Positions 9,885-21,786 are shown, counted from the stretch's first letter. The stretch: 64,000 nt of DNA from Chloropicon primus (GCA_023205875.1 CP060759.1:1054001-1118000), one strand, 5' to 3'. The notes: a model not told the origin generated them from the sequence alone. A program made the numbers and translations.

Positions 9885-11081
9885 ATGGTATCGTCGTGGA
9901 CTTGGGTGGAGCTCGGAGCCTCCCTGGTGTGCTTGGGGACGTGGCCGGCCTTGCTGGAGCTGGCGAGGCGGCCCAGGAAGACCACCTCTCACGAGAGATG
10001 TCAGCACGTGTGCTTTCTGGATTACGCTCTGAGCTACGGCGTGTTCGGCCTTGTGCTCCTGGTCGCGGCGAGTGGACGCGACGGGCTCGGTGTGCACGTG
10101 AGGACGATCGGGGGAACCACGCTTTGCCTTGTCGCGGCTCTCGGTGGGGCGCTGCTTCAGACGGGGAACAGCTGCATGCAGGAAGCTCTGGCGCTCGGTT
10201 GCCCGCTCACGACGCTGCTCCCGCTCGAGGCTGCCTTGTGCGTCGTCATCGGCACGACCGCGAACTTCTCGCTCCAACCTGAGCGGAGCGACCCGAGACT
10301 CCTCTTCTCCGGCGTCGCGCTTTACCTGGTCGCGATCCTCTCTTCTACCGGAGCACAGCTCACTCACCAGTTCGGAGGAGGGGAGGAGGCTTTGAGAGGG
10401 GAAGCGGGGGCCACGGGCGCGGGGGTGCCTGAGCTCGAGCCCCTCGTGGTCGGCGGGGGGAGCGTCGACGCCGACGAGATCTCGCCGGATGCCATCGCGA
10501 GCTTCAGGGACCGAACGAGCTTCAGGGAACGGGGGAGGAGCCAAAGGGCCCGCACCAACAGGAGGAAGGGCCTCATGATCGGCGTGCTGGGCGGCGTCGC
10601 ATTCGGGTTCTTCACCCCAGCGTTCAACATCGCTGTGAACGATCCTTTCTCGTTCGTGGCGAGCGCCGAGGGCCCCCACAGCCCCCTCAGCGTAACGGCG
10701 GCCAACATGATCTTCGCCCTGTCCTTCACGGCCTCGGCTGTGCTTTCCCAGTCCCGAAGCCTCCTGAAGAAGCACGAGAAAGAGACCGCGGCGTCGATTC
10801 TTAGGGCAAGGTACTTGGGGTCGGGCGGGGTGAGGCGAGCGTACGCCATCCTGTCCGGAATTTTCTGCTGCCTCGGGAATTTTCTGCAGTTTCACGGGGG
10901 GAAACTTGCAGGCTTTGCCGCCGCGGATGTGGTGCAGGCCTTCCCCCTCGTCGGTACGCTGTGGGGTGTCCTGCTCTTCCAGGATTACAATCACGCGAAC
11001 CGGAGGACCATCTTCCTCCTCTCGAACACATACTTGTTCTACTCCGGGGCGGTTGCCCTCCTCGGCTTGAGCGCCAAGTGA
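9885..11081 (+). CDS. Ureide permease (UPS)-like transporter
   Basis: CLGTWPALL, FLDY, VVIGTT.N, FFTPAFNIAVND, GN.LQF.GG..AGFAAAD.VQAFPLV.T.WG; multiple TM segments. Confidence 0.85.
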   Translation: MVSSWTWVELGASLVCLGTWPALLELARRPRKTTSHERCQHVCFLDYALSYGVFGLVLLVAASGRDGLGVHVRTIGGTTLCLVAALGGALLQTGNSCMQEALALGCPLTTLLPLEAALCVVIGTTANFSLQPERSDPRLLFSGVALYLVAILSSTGAQLTHQFGGGEEALRGEAGATGAGVPELEPLVVGGGSVDADEISPDAIASFRDRTSFRERGRSQRARTNRRKGLMIGVLGGVAFGFFTPAFNIAVNDPFSFVASAEGPHSPLSVTAANMIFALSFTASAVLSQSRSLLKKHEKETAASILRARYLGSGGVRRAYAILSGIFCCLGNFLQFHGGKLAGFAAADVVQAFPLVGTLWGVLLFQDYNHANRRTIFLLSNTYLFYSGAVALLGLSAK

Positions 11082-11430
11082 TCAGGGCCGCTCGGATCTG
11101 ATTCGTTTTCTATTCATTCATTCATTCATTTATTCATTATTTCTTTTCATCCATGCCTCGATCGATGTTCGACCGCCCCCGCCACCGCCACCGCCACCGC
11201 CATCGCCATCGCCATCGCCATCGCTTTCTCTCAGATATTTTCGCGCTCATTTCGATTTTGAGGACTCCAGTCCTTCTGTCGATCGATCGGCTGCCTCGAC
11301 TCGACTGCGCGCGAGCAAGGGAGGGCGAGACCAAGGAAGGGCGACACCAAGGAAGGCCTCGCCTCGCACTGTGATTCGCTTGGACGTGACGTGAGGCGAC
11401 GACGCGACGGCGGACGGCCTGGACGAAATT

Positions 11431-11961
11431 ATGGAGTGGGAATGGAACAAGGAGGCCAGAACTTCCCAGGGCTGCGTTTCCGTGCCGCAGTGGGCGGCAG
11501 AGACCCACGTCTGCTCCTGGGGGTGTCAGATCGAGCACGTCATAGGAAACATGTGAGTTCTCTCCTCTCTCTCTGCTTCCCTCTCTCACACACACACGCA
11601 CGCACACACCGCTCACACACTTTTTTTTTTCATTGTGCGTGTGTGTGTGTTTGGCGCAAACAACCACAGGTACAGGTGCGCCGCTTCAGGCAGCGTGCAT
11701 ATCTGTGACCAGAACTGCAAGCAAAAGATTCCCCACGGCCCCAACGAGGATATCTGCTACGTGAGCAGGAGGATCTTCGAGAAGAGGAGAGAGAACCAGC
11801 CGAGCAGGAAGAGGGGAGCCTGCCAGGCGGACTGCGATTGGGGGGCCAGCAAAGCGGCGCTGCAGCGGACTCTCCACCAGCCCAAGTTCGTCTCGGCCTT
11901 CTCCTTCGCGCGATCGGGTGCGATCGCCGCAGTGGACCCTGTAAACTTCGACATCTTGTAA
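11431..11961 (+). CDS. Small Cys/His-rich protein (SKIP31/UL92-like zinc module); exons 11431-11552 and 11670-11961
   Basis: In-frame splice gives HVCSWGC...GNMYRCAASGSVHICDQNC...ICYVS. Confidence 0.65.
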
Positions 11962-12020
11962 CTTTCTCTCTCTCTCTCTGTGTAACAGTAACACCTGATG
12001 AATTACCCAAACAACCAATA

Positions 12021-13727
12021 TTACTTCAGGGCCGCGTGCTTTGTCTTCTTTATGTGCTGGAAGAGCTTGTTCCTGGACTCGAACTGCAGGCCGCACACCG
12101 AGCATTTCAGGGCCTCCATCTTCTTTTCCTCCTCGAGCCTCTTCTGGGCCAACTTCTTCTCCTTCCTCAGCTGAGTCTTGTTTAGCTTCTTCTTTCCCTT
12201 ATTCTCCGCCGGCGGTTCCACGGCCTCCGTCTCCATCTCCTCGGCCTGCTGCTCTTCCCTCCCGCGCCCCTTCCCGCGCTTCTTCCCCTTCTTGTTGCTG
12301 CGCTTCGAGTTTCGGAGCCCTTCGTAAGCTTCGATGATTTCTTCCGCTTTCACGTCCTCCTGATCACTCTCCTCCGACTCGGAGGAGGACTCTTTGCCCA
12401 CGTTCATCGAAGACGACATCATGCGGGTCAACATCGCGTCCTCGTCCTCCTGATCACTCTCCTCCGACTCGGAGGAGGACTCTTTGCCCACGTTCATCGA
12501 AGACGACGTCATGCGGGCCAATATCGCGTCCTCCTCCTCCTCCTCGTCGTCCTCCCCCTCGCTCGAGCTCGCCCCTTGCTGGTCGACGGGCCCGTCCCCC
12601 CCCTCGGCAGGAGCTGGTGGCTCCTCCTCCTCCTCCTCCCCCTCCTCGCCCTCCTCTTCGGCGGCCATGGCGGCCATTTGCCTCTCCTCCTCCTCAAGGA
12701 ACTTCCTCATCTCCTCCACATTTTGGAGGTGCTTCTTGGACTTCTCGTGGTTCTTGAGCTGCTTCTCCGATTTGAACTTCTTGCTGCAGACGACGCAGTA
12801 GGACCCCTTCTTGACTTGCTTCACCTTCTCGTCGTCGTCCTCAGCAACCTTGCAGGCTGCGCCGTCCCCATAAATATCATCATCCGGCTCTTCGTCCTGG
12901 TCGGCAAAGGCCGAGTCGTCGTAAGCCGCAGCCTTCCTGAGCCTCTCCTCCTTCTCCCTCCTCCGCCTCTCCTCCAGTTCCGCTTTCTTCGCTTCCTTCT
13001 CCTCCTCCTTCTCCTTCTTGCGCTTCGCCACCCTCTGGTCCCGCCTCTTCACGAAGGCTGCCAAGTCCCTCACCAAGTCGTTGAACTCCTTCTTTGCGTG
13101 CTTCTTGAGCTTCTTGTTCTCCTCCTCCATCAGCCTGCGCACCTTGCGGTTCGGGGCGGAAGCCAAGTTGTACTCCTCCACCCAACCGAAGTCCCTCTCC
13201 GTGCAGAAGTTCGACCAGTGGTCGTAGAACGCCTTGACGTCCACCCAAGCGCTGGTGCTCTTGCCGAAGGGAGGGGGGAAGCTGAAGTCCTTCCCCTTGG
13301 ACTCGGCCCTGCTCCTCTCCACCTCCGATACGAGGTCAAAGAGCTCCGAGTAGACGCTGTAGAACCCTTGCCTGTCGTCCCCAAAGCCCTTGTAGCAGCT
13401 CGAGCTAAAGTACTTGTACAAGTCAATGCTGGCCTCGTCGTCAGGCTGCTCGCTCCCTCCGCCTGCCCCGGAGCTCCCTCCCTTCTGGTGCCTCTCCCCG
13501 GAACGCAGAATCGCATCTCGGTGGCTGTCGTACCACTTCCTCTCGTCCGCATCGCTCAGAACCTCGTAAGCGTTGGTGATCTCCTTGAAGGTCTTCTCGG
13601 CCTCCTCCTTGTTGTTCGGGTTCTTGTCCGGGTGCCACTTTATGGCTTGCTTCCTGTACGCCTTCTTTATCGCCGCGTCGTCCGCGGACTGCTCCACGCC
13701 AAGGATCTCGTAAAGGCACTTCACCAT
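12021..13727 (-). CDS. DNAJC21: DnaJ protein JJJ1/DNAJC21 (J domain, two C2H2 zinc fingers)
   Basis: HPDKN J domain, [61 protein letters not shown]. Confidence 0.92.
   Translation of the reverse strand: MVKCLYEILGVEQSADDAAIKKAYRKQAIKWHPDKNPNNKEEAEKTFKEITNAYEVLSDADERKWYDSHRDAILRSGERHQKGGSSGAGGGSEQPDDEASIDLYKYFSSSCYKGFGDDRQGFYSVYSELFDLVSEVERSRAESKGKDFSFPPPFGKSTSAWVDVKAFYDHWSNFCTERDFGWVEEYNLASAPNRKVRRLMEEENKKLKKHAKKEFNDLVRDLAAFVKRRDQRVAKRKKEKEEEKEAKKAELEERRRREKEERLRKAAAYDDSAFADQDEEPDDDIYGDGAACKVAEDDDEKVKQVKKGSYCVVCSKKFKSEKQLKNHEKSKKHLQNVEEMRKFLEEEERQMAAMAAEEEGEEGEEEEEEPPAPAEGGDGPVDQQGASSSEGEDDEEEEEDAILARMTSSSMNVGKESSSESEESDQEDEDAMLTRMMSSSMNVGKESSSESEESDQEDVKAEEIIEAYEGLRNSKRSNKKGKKRGKGRGREEQQAEEMETEAVEPPAENKGKKKLNKTQLRKEKKLAQKRLEEEKKMEALKCSVCGLQFESRNKLFQHIKKTKHAALK
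12353..12533. repeat. Two tandem 90-bp coding repeats in the DNAJC21 acidic linker
   Basis: tgatcactct anchor at 12361 and 12451. Confidence 0.9.
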
Positions 13728-13987
13728 CCCGCCCCCCACAAGCCACAAAGCCACAAGGCTGACCGACCGACCGACCGACTCTTCTCTTCACCAGCCGCCT
13801 CAGATCTGCAGACTAAAGGGAGAGAGGGAGGGATTGGATGGGAGGGAGGGAGGGAGGGGTTGGTACAAAACTCCAGAAGAGGTGGGACTGTGATGTTACA
13901 CATATACCTCTCTCTCTCTCTCTCAACAAACGATGGATTGGATTGGATTGGATTGAATTGAATTGGAGGGATTGGTGGTGTTACATC

Positions 13988-14848
13988 TCAGCGATTCTCG
14001 TTGCTGCTGCTGGTTTTCGCGTCGCTGGTGCTGAAGTTGAAGTAGGGGTCGTCGTACGTGATGATGTTCTCCCTTGCCTGCGTGCTATACAGGATCGAGG
14101 GGTTGCGAATCAAGTACACGCAGGCGTCCTCGTTCGGCATCAGCCTCTTGATCTCCTCGATCGCAAACTCGACCTGCTGAAGGTCCAGGAATATCGGATT
14201 CAGCTCCACGGCGCGATCGACGTCGTCCGTCTTCAGGAGCGCCTTGAGCCTCTCCGCCTTCTTCTCGACGAAGCCCATGTCCTCGTAGAGAATTGTCGGG
14301 TTCGAGGCCACCAGCCTCGAGACGTTGGCCCGCGGGAAGATCTCCTTGAGCTTCAGAAGGTCGTGGGGGATCGTTTTGCACTTGACCGCAAGCCTCGCAA
14401 TATCCCCCACCTTCATGGTCTTCAGCTTGGGCTTCAAGTCGGGGACCAGCTTCTGCAGAAGAACCAGGCGCCTCCTGACGTGGTCCTCCTCCACCCCAAG
14501 CTCCCGCGCCACGCACTCCACCGCCAGCGCCAGCTTCGAGTCGTCGTTCCAGCCCGCGGGCTCCAGAAAGTCCTCGTCCGCGTCCACGATATTCCCCAAA
14601 GAGTTTGTCCGCCTCTTCCTCCGTTTGGTGATGTACTCGCCGATAACCCAAGGCTGAGCCCGGTCACCCCCCTCCGACTCCGACTCCGCTCGTATCCTCC
14701 ATCCCCCTCGTCGACCCGACCCCGATGCCGAGCTCCCCGCACCCCTCCTCGTCGACCCCGACGCCGAGCACCACTCCCTCCTCGTCGTCGACCCCGACGC
14801 CGAGCACCACTCCCTCCTTCGCGTCGTCGTCGTCGTCGTCGTCGCCAT
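13988..14848 (-). CDS. Uncharacterised, probably plastid-targeted protein with mTERF-like helical repeats
   Basis: Transit-like MATTTT...RIRA N-terminus containing a 36-bp tandem repeat; LVASNPTIL, VELNPIFL and LIRNPSIL repeats. Confidence 0.65.
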   Translation of the reverse strand: MATTTTTTTRRREWCSASGSTTRREWCSASGSTRRGAGSSASGSGRRGGWRIRAESESEGGDRAQPWVIGEYITKRRKRRTNSLGNIVDADEDFLEPAGWNDDSKLALAVECVARELGVEEDHVRRRLVLLQKLVPDLKPKLKTMKVGDIARLAVKCKTIPHDLLKLKEIFPRANVSRLVASNPTILYEDMGFVEKKAERLKALLKTDDVDRAVELNPIFLDLQQVEFAIEEIKRLMPNEDACVYLIRNPSILYSTQARENIITYDDPYFNFSTSDAKTSSSNENR

Positions 14849-15014
14849 CTCCGTCCGTCGCGATACGATTTGGATAACGGAACGCTTCCTGGCCGCAGGT
14901 TCGCGGGAGGCCAAGCGCCAAGGGGTTGGATCGATCGATTGTTGTTGTGTTGTTGCGTTTGGCGAGGGAGAGGAAAAGGGGTGAGGGGCCTGCGTCAGTG
15001 GACTCGGGCTTTGG

Positions 15015-15977
15015 ATGGATTTCTCACAAGTGCGGAGGCTGCCGAGGCACGCTACCCCGCTGAGGAGGCAGGTCACCTCGTGCAGCTTTCTGAGAACCAG
15101 GACCAAAGTGGTGGAGAATGTTGTGAGGGCTCGGCAGAAGACGCCGCGGTTCAAGAGGGGTGGACTCGAGATCTACGAGGCGGAGCTGGGGGACTACCAG
15201 ATGGTGTCGAGGCTCCTCGTGGAGGCCTTTTACACGGACACGCGCGTTCCCGAGAACAACCTCTCGCCCATGCAGAAGAGGGGCCTCGAGAGGGACCAGA
15301 ACCTGGACCTGCGGGCGCGGTACGGGAGGGCGTCCAGGGAAGGGGGAGGGGTGATTCAGAGCACGATCCTCGTGGCGAGCAAGACTGAGACGACGTCGGA
15401 GGGCGACCAAGTCGAGGAGGAGGTCGGGTGCGTGGCCTTGGGGACCACGCCCTTCGTGGGAAGCGAGGCCCAGCTGAACATCAGGGACTTGTACGCGTAC
15501 TCCAACAGGGTTGGGGCGACCAAGTTCCGGCAAGTGGAGGACGACGGGACGTGTCTGAGGCCCGTCGTGGCGAACTTGGCGGTCCTGCCGAAGGCGAGGA
15601 GGAAGGGCATCGCCAAAAAACTGATGAGGGAGGCCGAGGAGGTCGCCAAAGCGTGGGGCTACCAAGAGTTGTGGCTCTTGGTCGAGAAGGATAACCCCAA
15701 GGCGAGGAAGCTGTACGGGGGGTTGGGCTTCAAGGCGGTCAAGGAGGAGCCGGACGACGCGTACAAGTTGGTGGAAGGCAGGATCGAAAAGCTGGACACG
15801 ACGAACATCTACATGAAGAAGTCCCTGAGGGGCTTCCCGCTGCAGCAGCTGGAGAACGCCGATTGGGTGTCCATCGCCCTCCTGGCGGGCCTCGGCTCGG
15901 CCCTCACGCAGGACGACGTGAGGGAGCTCGTCTCGGCGCGGTTGCTGGGCGTCAGTGACTTTTTGAACCACGTGTAA
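15015..15977 (+). CDS. GNAT N-acetyltransferase
   Basis: VANLAVLPKARRKGIAKKLM (motif A), LLVEKDNPKARKLYGGLGF. Confidence 0.88.
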   Translation: MDFSQVRRLPRHATPLRRQVTSCSFLRTRTKVVENVVRARQKTPRFKRGGLEIYEAELGDYQMVSRLLVEAFYTDTRVPENNLSPMQKRGLERDQNLDLRARYGRASREGGGVIQSTILVASKTETTSEGDQVEEEVGCVALGTTPFVGSEAQLNIRDLYAYSNRVGATKFRQVEDDGTCLRPVVANLAVLPKARRKGIAKKLMREAEEVAKAWGYQELWLLVEKDNPKARKLYGGLGFKAVKEEPDDAYKLVEGRIEKLDTTNIYMKKSLRGFPLQQLENADWVSIALLAGLGSALTQDDVRELVSARLLGVSDFLNHV

Positions 15978-15994
15978 TCTTAAAATCTTTTGTG

Positions 15995-17014
15995 TTACTT
16001 GAAGCTCTCTGGGTTCATCCCCCTGTTGATGATCTCGATCCAGTAGCCGTCCGGATCGAGGCAGAAAGCGAGGCCCTTCATGGATCCGTCGTCAGGCTTC
16101 TTGTGGAATTCGACGCCGGCGCCCTCCAAACCTTTGGAGAACTCGTAGACGTCGTCCACCAGGAAGCCGATGTGACCGAACCCCCTCCTGGGCTCGACGT
16201 TGCCGTTGTTGTGCTGAAAGTCCGAGTCGCTCTCCGTTCCGTGATTGTGAGTCAGCTCGAGAACTGGAACCGCGTTTGGGTACAGGTGCGACTTGATGTG
16301 CTGCATGGCCTCCGGCGTGGTCGGGTCGGGGGTGGTCTCGCCCTCCACGTCCGCCTCGTTCGCGAGAAAGTAGAGGGAAAAGTCCCCCTTGTCCTTGCCG
16401 TAGTGCCTTTCCGCAAGCAGACGCATGCCGAACTGCTCCGTGTAGAATGGAATGCTTTTGGAGGGATCCTTGATGCGAAGCATCGTTTGCGCCAACGCAA
16501 ACTCTGGACAGCCAGAGTCCACCGTTCCCTCTCGCTTCACGATCTCGACCCAGTACCCGTCCGGATCCAGGGCAAAGGCAAGGCCCTTCATTCTCCCCTC
16601 GTCGGGCTTCTTCTTGAACTCCACGCCCTCGGCAAGAAGCTTGTCGCTCGCCGCGTAGACGTCGTCGACAGCCACCGCGATGTGCCCAAACCCGTCCCTA
16701 TCCTTGTTCCCAGGGTGGATCGGGGGCTGGTCCTCCCCCCAGTTGTGCGTCAGCTCCAGCGTGACCAGGTCACGGTCGAACACGTTCCCGCCCTTGCCCC
16801 CTTCCCCCGGCATCGGCGTGCCCATGAAGTACAGGCTGAACTCCCACTGAGGAAAGTCCCACTTGCTCAGCAGCTGGAATCCCAAACTCTTCTCGTAGAA
16901 CGCCACGGATCTCTCCGCATCCTTCACCCGCAGCATGGTTTGCTGCCAGTACGGCCGGTTCGCCTTCGCGTTCGACGACATCGCCCTCCCCACCGCTCTC
17001 CCTCCCCTCAACAT
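15995..17014 (-). CDS. GLO1: Lactoylglutathione lyase (glyoxalase I), fused two-domain form
   Basis: Duplicated QTMLR.KD, LELTHN, GFGHI and DPDGYW.EI motifs. Confidence 0.95.
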   Translation of the reverse strand: MLRGGRAVGRAMSSNAKANRPYWQQTMLRVKDAERSVAFYEKSLGFQLLSKWDFPQWEFSLYFMGTPMPGEGGKGGNVFDRDLVTLELTHNWGEDQPPIHPGNKDRDGFGHIAVAVDDVYAASDKLLAEGVEFKKKPDEGRMKGLAFALDPDGYWVEIVKREGTVDSGCPEFALAQTMLRIKDPSKSIPFYTEQFGMRLLAERHYGKDKGDFSLYFLANEADVEGETTPDPTTPEAMQHIKSHLYPNAVPVLELTHNHGTESDSDFQHNNGNVEPRRGFGHIGFLVDDVYEFSKGLEGAGVEFHKKPDDGSMKGLAFCLDPDGYWIEIINRGMNPESFK

Positions 17015-17280
17015 GGACCAAACCACACCCCAGATCCCTGAATCCCTCCACGAAAACGAAGAACCCAAAACAAGACCGAAACCACGCCACGCCACCTGTT
17101 CCGTGTGTGCGCTCCCGGCGTTCTCTCCAGCCCTCTGCCTCTCCGTCCTCGTCCTCGTCGTCGTTCCCCTCGTCGCTGGGAAGAGGCAGGCAGCCGTCCG
17201 CGCGCGTTGTTGAGACAGAGAGAGCCACCGGTGGGCGAAGCGAAGGGGAGGGGCGAAGAGAGGAGAGAGGAGAGGAGAGG

Positions 17281-18333
17281 ATGAAGGAGAAGGGGGAGGG
17301 GGAGGAGGCGAGGGGGCCGACCGTGGCGGAGTTGTTCGAGAGCGAGAGTGAAAGCGAGGGCGACGGAGGGATGGAGGAGTTTTTGATGAATATGCTCAAC
17401 CTCAAGCTGGGTTCTCCCAGGGAGGAGGAGGAGGACCTCTCGGCGACGCCGCTGCTGACGTCGTTCGACCTCGATGGGGTGGCCGAGTACATCCAGAGGG
17501 GGGAGTGCAAGAACGTCATCGTGCTGGCGGGTGCGGGCATATCGGTCTCCGCAGGCATACCGGACTTCAGGAGCCCGGGGAGTGGCTTGTACTCCAAGCT
17601 CGCGGAGTACGGGTTGCCGCACCCCGAGGCAATATTCGAGCTGGACTTCTTCAGGAACAATCCGGATCCCTTCTACACGTTGGCCCAGGAGCTCTTCCCG
17701 GGCAACAGGTACCACCCCACGCCGGCCCACTACTTCATCAAGCTCCTGCACGAGAAGGGGATCCTGCTGAGGTGCTTCACTCAGAACATAGACTCGCTCG
17801 AGACTCAGGCCGGCCTGCCGAGGGAGAAGCTCGTGGCTGCCCACGGCAACTTTGACTCCGCGACGTGCATCGACACGGGGAAGAAGGTCCCCATAGACGA
17901 GGTGGAGAGGGCGATATTCGACGACTCTTTTGGTTGGAAGAGTCTCGGGAAGAAGCACGGCGGACTGGTGAAGCCAGACATCGTGTTTTTCGGGGAGCAG
18001 CTCCCCAGCCAGTTTTTCAAGCTGGCCGAGGAGGACTTTCCAAAGTGCGACCTCTTGATTGTCATGGGGACGTCACTCGTGGTGCAACCCTTCGCCAGCT
18101 TGATCGGCCGGGTGTCCAGCAAAGTGCCTAGGCTGCTGATAAACAGGGAGAAGGTTGGCGTGTACAACAAGTCGAAGTCCTATGCCCCGGGAATAGGCCA
18201 GTACGGATTCAGGTTCGACAAAAACAACTACAGGGACGCACTTTTCCTGGGGGACTGCGACAAGGGGGTCGAAGAGCTCTCTGATCTCCTGGGCTGGGCG
18301 GTAGACTTGAGGACGCTGATCGAGTCGCGGTAG
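17281..18333 (+). CDS. Class I sirtuin (SIRT2/HST2-like NAD-dependent deacylase); alternative start 17371
   Basis: GAGISVSAGIPDFRS, TQNIDSLE, AHG, KPDIVFFGE, MGTSLVVQPFASL, LINRE, GDCD. Confidence 0.93.
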   Translation: MKEKGEGEEARGPTVAELFESESESEGDGGMEEFLMNMLNLKLGSPREEEEDLSATPLLTSFDLDGVAEYIQRGECKNVIVLAGAGISVSAGIPDFRSPGSGLYSKLAEYGLPHPEAIFELDFFRNNPDPFYTLAQELFPGNRYHPTPAHYFIKLLHEKGILLRCFTQNIDSLETQAGLPREKLVAAHGNFDSATCIDTGKKVPIDEVERAIFDDSFGWKSLGKKHGGLVKPDIVFFGEQLPSQFFKLAEEDFPKCDLLIVMGTSLVVQPFASLIGRVSSKVPRLLINREKVGVYNKSKSYAPGIGQYGFRFDKNNYRDALFLGDCDKGVEELSDLLGWAVDLRTLIESR

Positions 18334-18459
18334 AAACGTATCGCGTATAATCATAGCAAAGTTTGTAAAAACCTCAAAAAAAAACCTGTAGCACGCCGCA
18401 GGGCGATCAAGAATCTGGTATGGATGAATTACAAGAAATGGAGAGGATGATTCAGAGTC

Positions 18460-21400
18460 TCAGAAGAAATCCTGCAGCGCGTCCATCTTCAACTTCTTCG
18501 TCTGCATCGCTCGGATGGACTCTACGATCGCCTTGGCGGCTGGGAGGGTCGTGACGAGGGGGATCTTGTACGCGAGGGCCTTTCTTCTAAGCACGAGCCC
18601 GTCCTTCTGGTCCACCTCATCGCCCGAGGGCGTGATAATCATGAGCTGAATCTCGTCGTTCTGCATCATGTCAATCCCGTGCGGCCTCCCCTCGTGAAGC
18701 TTGAGCACAGAAGTCACCTCGACGCCGTTGCTCTTCAAGAAGTCCGCGGTTCCTTTCGTTGCGACCACCTTGAAGCCGAGCTGAGAGAGTCCCTTCGCCA
18801 CGGACACGCTCTCCTGCTTGGTGGCGTCCGTCATGCTCATGTACGCCGTTCCCGAGGTGGGGAGCTTCGTTCCCGCAGCGATCTGGGCCTTGGCGTAGGC
18901 GTTTGCATAGCTCGCGTCGATTCCCATGACTTCCCCCGTGCTGCGCATCTCTGGACCGAGGATTGTATCCGTTCCCGGGAACTTGTCGAACGGCAAGACG
19001 GCCTCCTTCACAGCGACGTGGTCCAAAACGGGCTCTTGCGTGAACCCGAGCTCCTTCAGGGTTTTCCCGGCCATCAAAAGGCTGGCGTACTTTGCCAACG
19101 GGCTTCCGATGGCCTTGGACACAAAAGGGACCGTACGACTTGCCCTTGGGTTGGCCTCGATGATGTAAGGCTTCCCCTCGTGGACGGCGTACTGGATGTT
19201 CAACAGGCCAACCACCCCGAGGCTCTTGGCAAGAGCTGGGGTCCACTCCCTGATGGTAGTCAGAGCATCAAAAGGAATGGATTGGGTGGGGAGGGCGCAG
19301 GCGGAGTCTCCACTGTGAACTCCCGCCTCCTCGATGTGCTCCATGATTCCTCCGATCACCACGTTCCCGTCCTTGTCGGCAAGGGCGTCGACGTCCAGCT
19401 CAGTGGCCCCGCTCAGGTACTTGTCCACAAGAACAGGCTGCTCTGGATCCACAGCTACTGCGGTGTTGATGTACTTGACCAGACTCTTCTCGTTGTAAAC
19501 GACTTCCATGGCACGGCCACCAAGGACATAAGAGGGCCGGACCATCACTGGGTATCCTAGCTTGTTGGCCGCTTCAATGGCCTCGCCCTCGCTCCTGGCG
19601 ATGCCTCCAGCAGGCTGGTCGATGTTCAGCTCCTTGAGCAGGGCCTCGAACTGCTCTCTGTCCTCCGCCGCGTCAATGCTGTCCGGGCTCGTTCCCCATA
19701 TCTTCACGTTTCCCCTTCCACTTGCCGCTGGTATCGGGTTCTCCTCCAGGTACTTCTGCAGGGGCTTGGCCAACTTCAGCGGAGTCTGGCCACCGAACTG
19801 AACGATGATCCCCTCTGGCCTCTCCGCCTCCAGGACGTTCACAACGTCTTCCACGGTGAGAGGCTCAAAGTAAAGACGGTCCGAAGTGTCGTAATCCGTA
19901 GAGACTGTCTCGGGGTTGGAGTTCATCATGATCGTCTCGTAGCCCTCGGCACTCAACGAGAAGGCGGCATGGCAGCAGCAGTAATCAAACTCAATCCCCT
20001 GGCCGATTCTGTTTGGACCCCCTCCCAAGATCAACACCTTTGACTTGTTGTTCGCGCCGCACTCGTCCTCCCCGTCGTAAGTGGAGTACATGTAAGGCGT
20101 GTTTGCCTCAAACTCTGCGGCACACGTGTCGACGCGCTTCATCTGTGGAACGACGCCGCACTTCCTCCTCAGGCTCCGCACCACGTCCTCTGGCACCCGC
20201 GCAAACTCAGCGATCTGAGAGTCAGAGAAGCCCCTGGACTTGATTTGCTTCCAGTCGCTGGCGCTCAGGCTCTCAAGGTCGCTGGCTTTCACGTATTCGC
20301 CGACGTCCTTGAGGCACCTCAGCTGGTTGACAAACCAAGGGTCCATCTTGGTCAATTCGATCACCTCCTCCGTGGAGAATCCAGCGTCCATGGCATACCA
20401 CACCGCCACGAGGCGGTCCGGGTTGGGCGTTCGCAAGTTGTACCTCAACTCCTCCTCCGTTGGAGTGGCAGCCCCTTTGGGGCCGGACCAGCCATTCAAG
20501 CCGACTTCAAGGGACCGCAAGGCCTTTTGAAAGGACTCCTGGAAGGTTCTGCCGATCGCCATGGCCTCGCCGACGCTCTTCATCTGCGTCGTGAGCACCG
20601 GGGACGACCCGGGGAACTTCTCGAAAGCAAATCTGGGTATCTTGGTCACCACGTAGTCAATGGAGGGCTCAAAGGAGGCTGGGGTCTTCTGCGTGATGTC
20701 GTTGGGAATGCAGTCGAGCGTGTAACCGATGGCAAGCTTGGCGGCCATCTTTGCGATAGGGAACCCAGTGGCCTTGGAGGCCAGCGCGGACGACCTGCTC
20801 ACCCTGGGGTTCATCTCGATCACCATGACCTCGCCGTCCACTGGGTTCACGCCGAATTGCACGTTGGAGCCGCCGCACTCCACTCCCACCTCCCTTATGA
20901 TGGCCACGGAGGCGTCCCTGAGCCTTTGGTACTCCTTGTCCGTCAGGGTCTGCGCGGGGGCCACAGTCACGCTGTCGCCCGTGTGCACGCCCATCGGATC
21001 TATGTTCTCGATGGAGCAAATGATGACGACGTTGTCCTTCAAGTCCCTCATCACCTCAAGCTCGTACTCCTTCCAGCCAATGAGAGACTTCTCGATCAGC
21101 ACCTGGCTAGTCATCGAGGCGGTCAGACCAGCCTGCACGATCTGGTTGAACTCCTCCATGTTGTAAGCGATTCCTCCGCCCGTGCCTCCCAGGGTGAAGG
21201 CGGGCCTGATGATGATCGGGAAGTTGCCAATCTCCTTCTGGATGGCATGCGCCTCCTCCATGTTCTCCGCTGTGCCGCTGGGCGGGGTCTTCAACCCGAT
21301 CCTGTCCATGGCCTCCTTGAAGAGCAGGCGGTCCTCAGCGACATTGATGGCGTCGAGCTTCGCCCCGATCAGCTCGATGTTGAGCTCGTCCAGGTCGCCG

Positions 21401-21786
21401 TTCTCGGCGAGCGCCTTGGCCAGGTTCAGGGCCGTCTGCCCCCCCATCGTGGGAAGGAGGGCGTCCGGCTTCTCCTTGATGAGAATATCCTTGACGGACT
21501 CGGGCGTCATGGGACCCACGTAGGTGCGGTCCGCCGTGCCCGGGTCCGTCATGATGGTGGCAGGGTTCGAGTTCACTAGGACGATCTCGTAGCCCTCCTG
21601 CTTGAGGGCCTTGCACGCCTGGGTTCCACTGTAGTCGAACTCGCAGGCCTTTTGAGAAAGCGAACGAAGCGAAGCGAGGAACGAGGAAAGAAAAGAAGAA
21701 GAAGATGAAGAAGATGATGATGATGATGATGAAGTGTGTCAGCGATCGCGACGGGGGTAGCTGGCGCGCGAGAGGTAAACACACAC

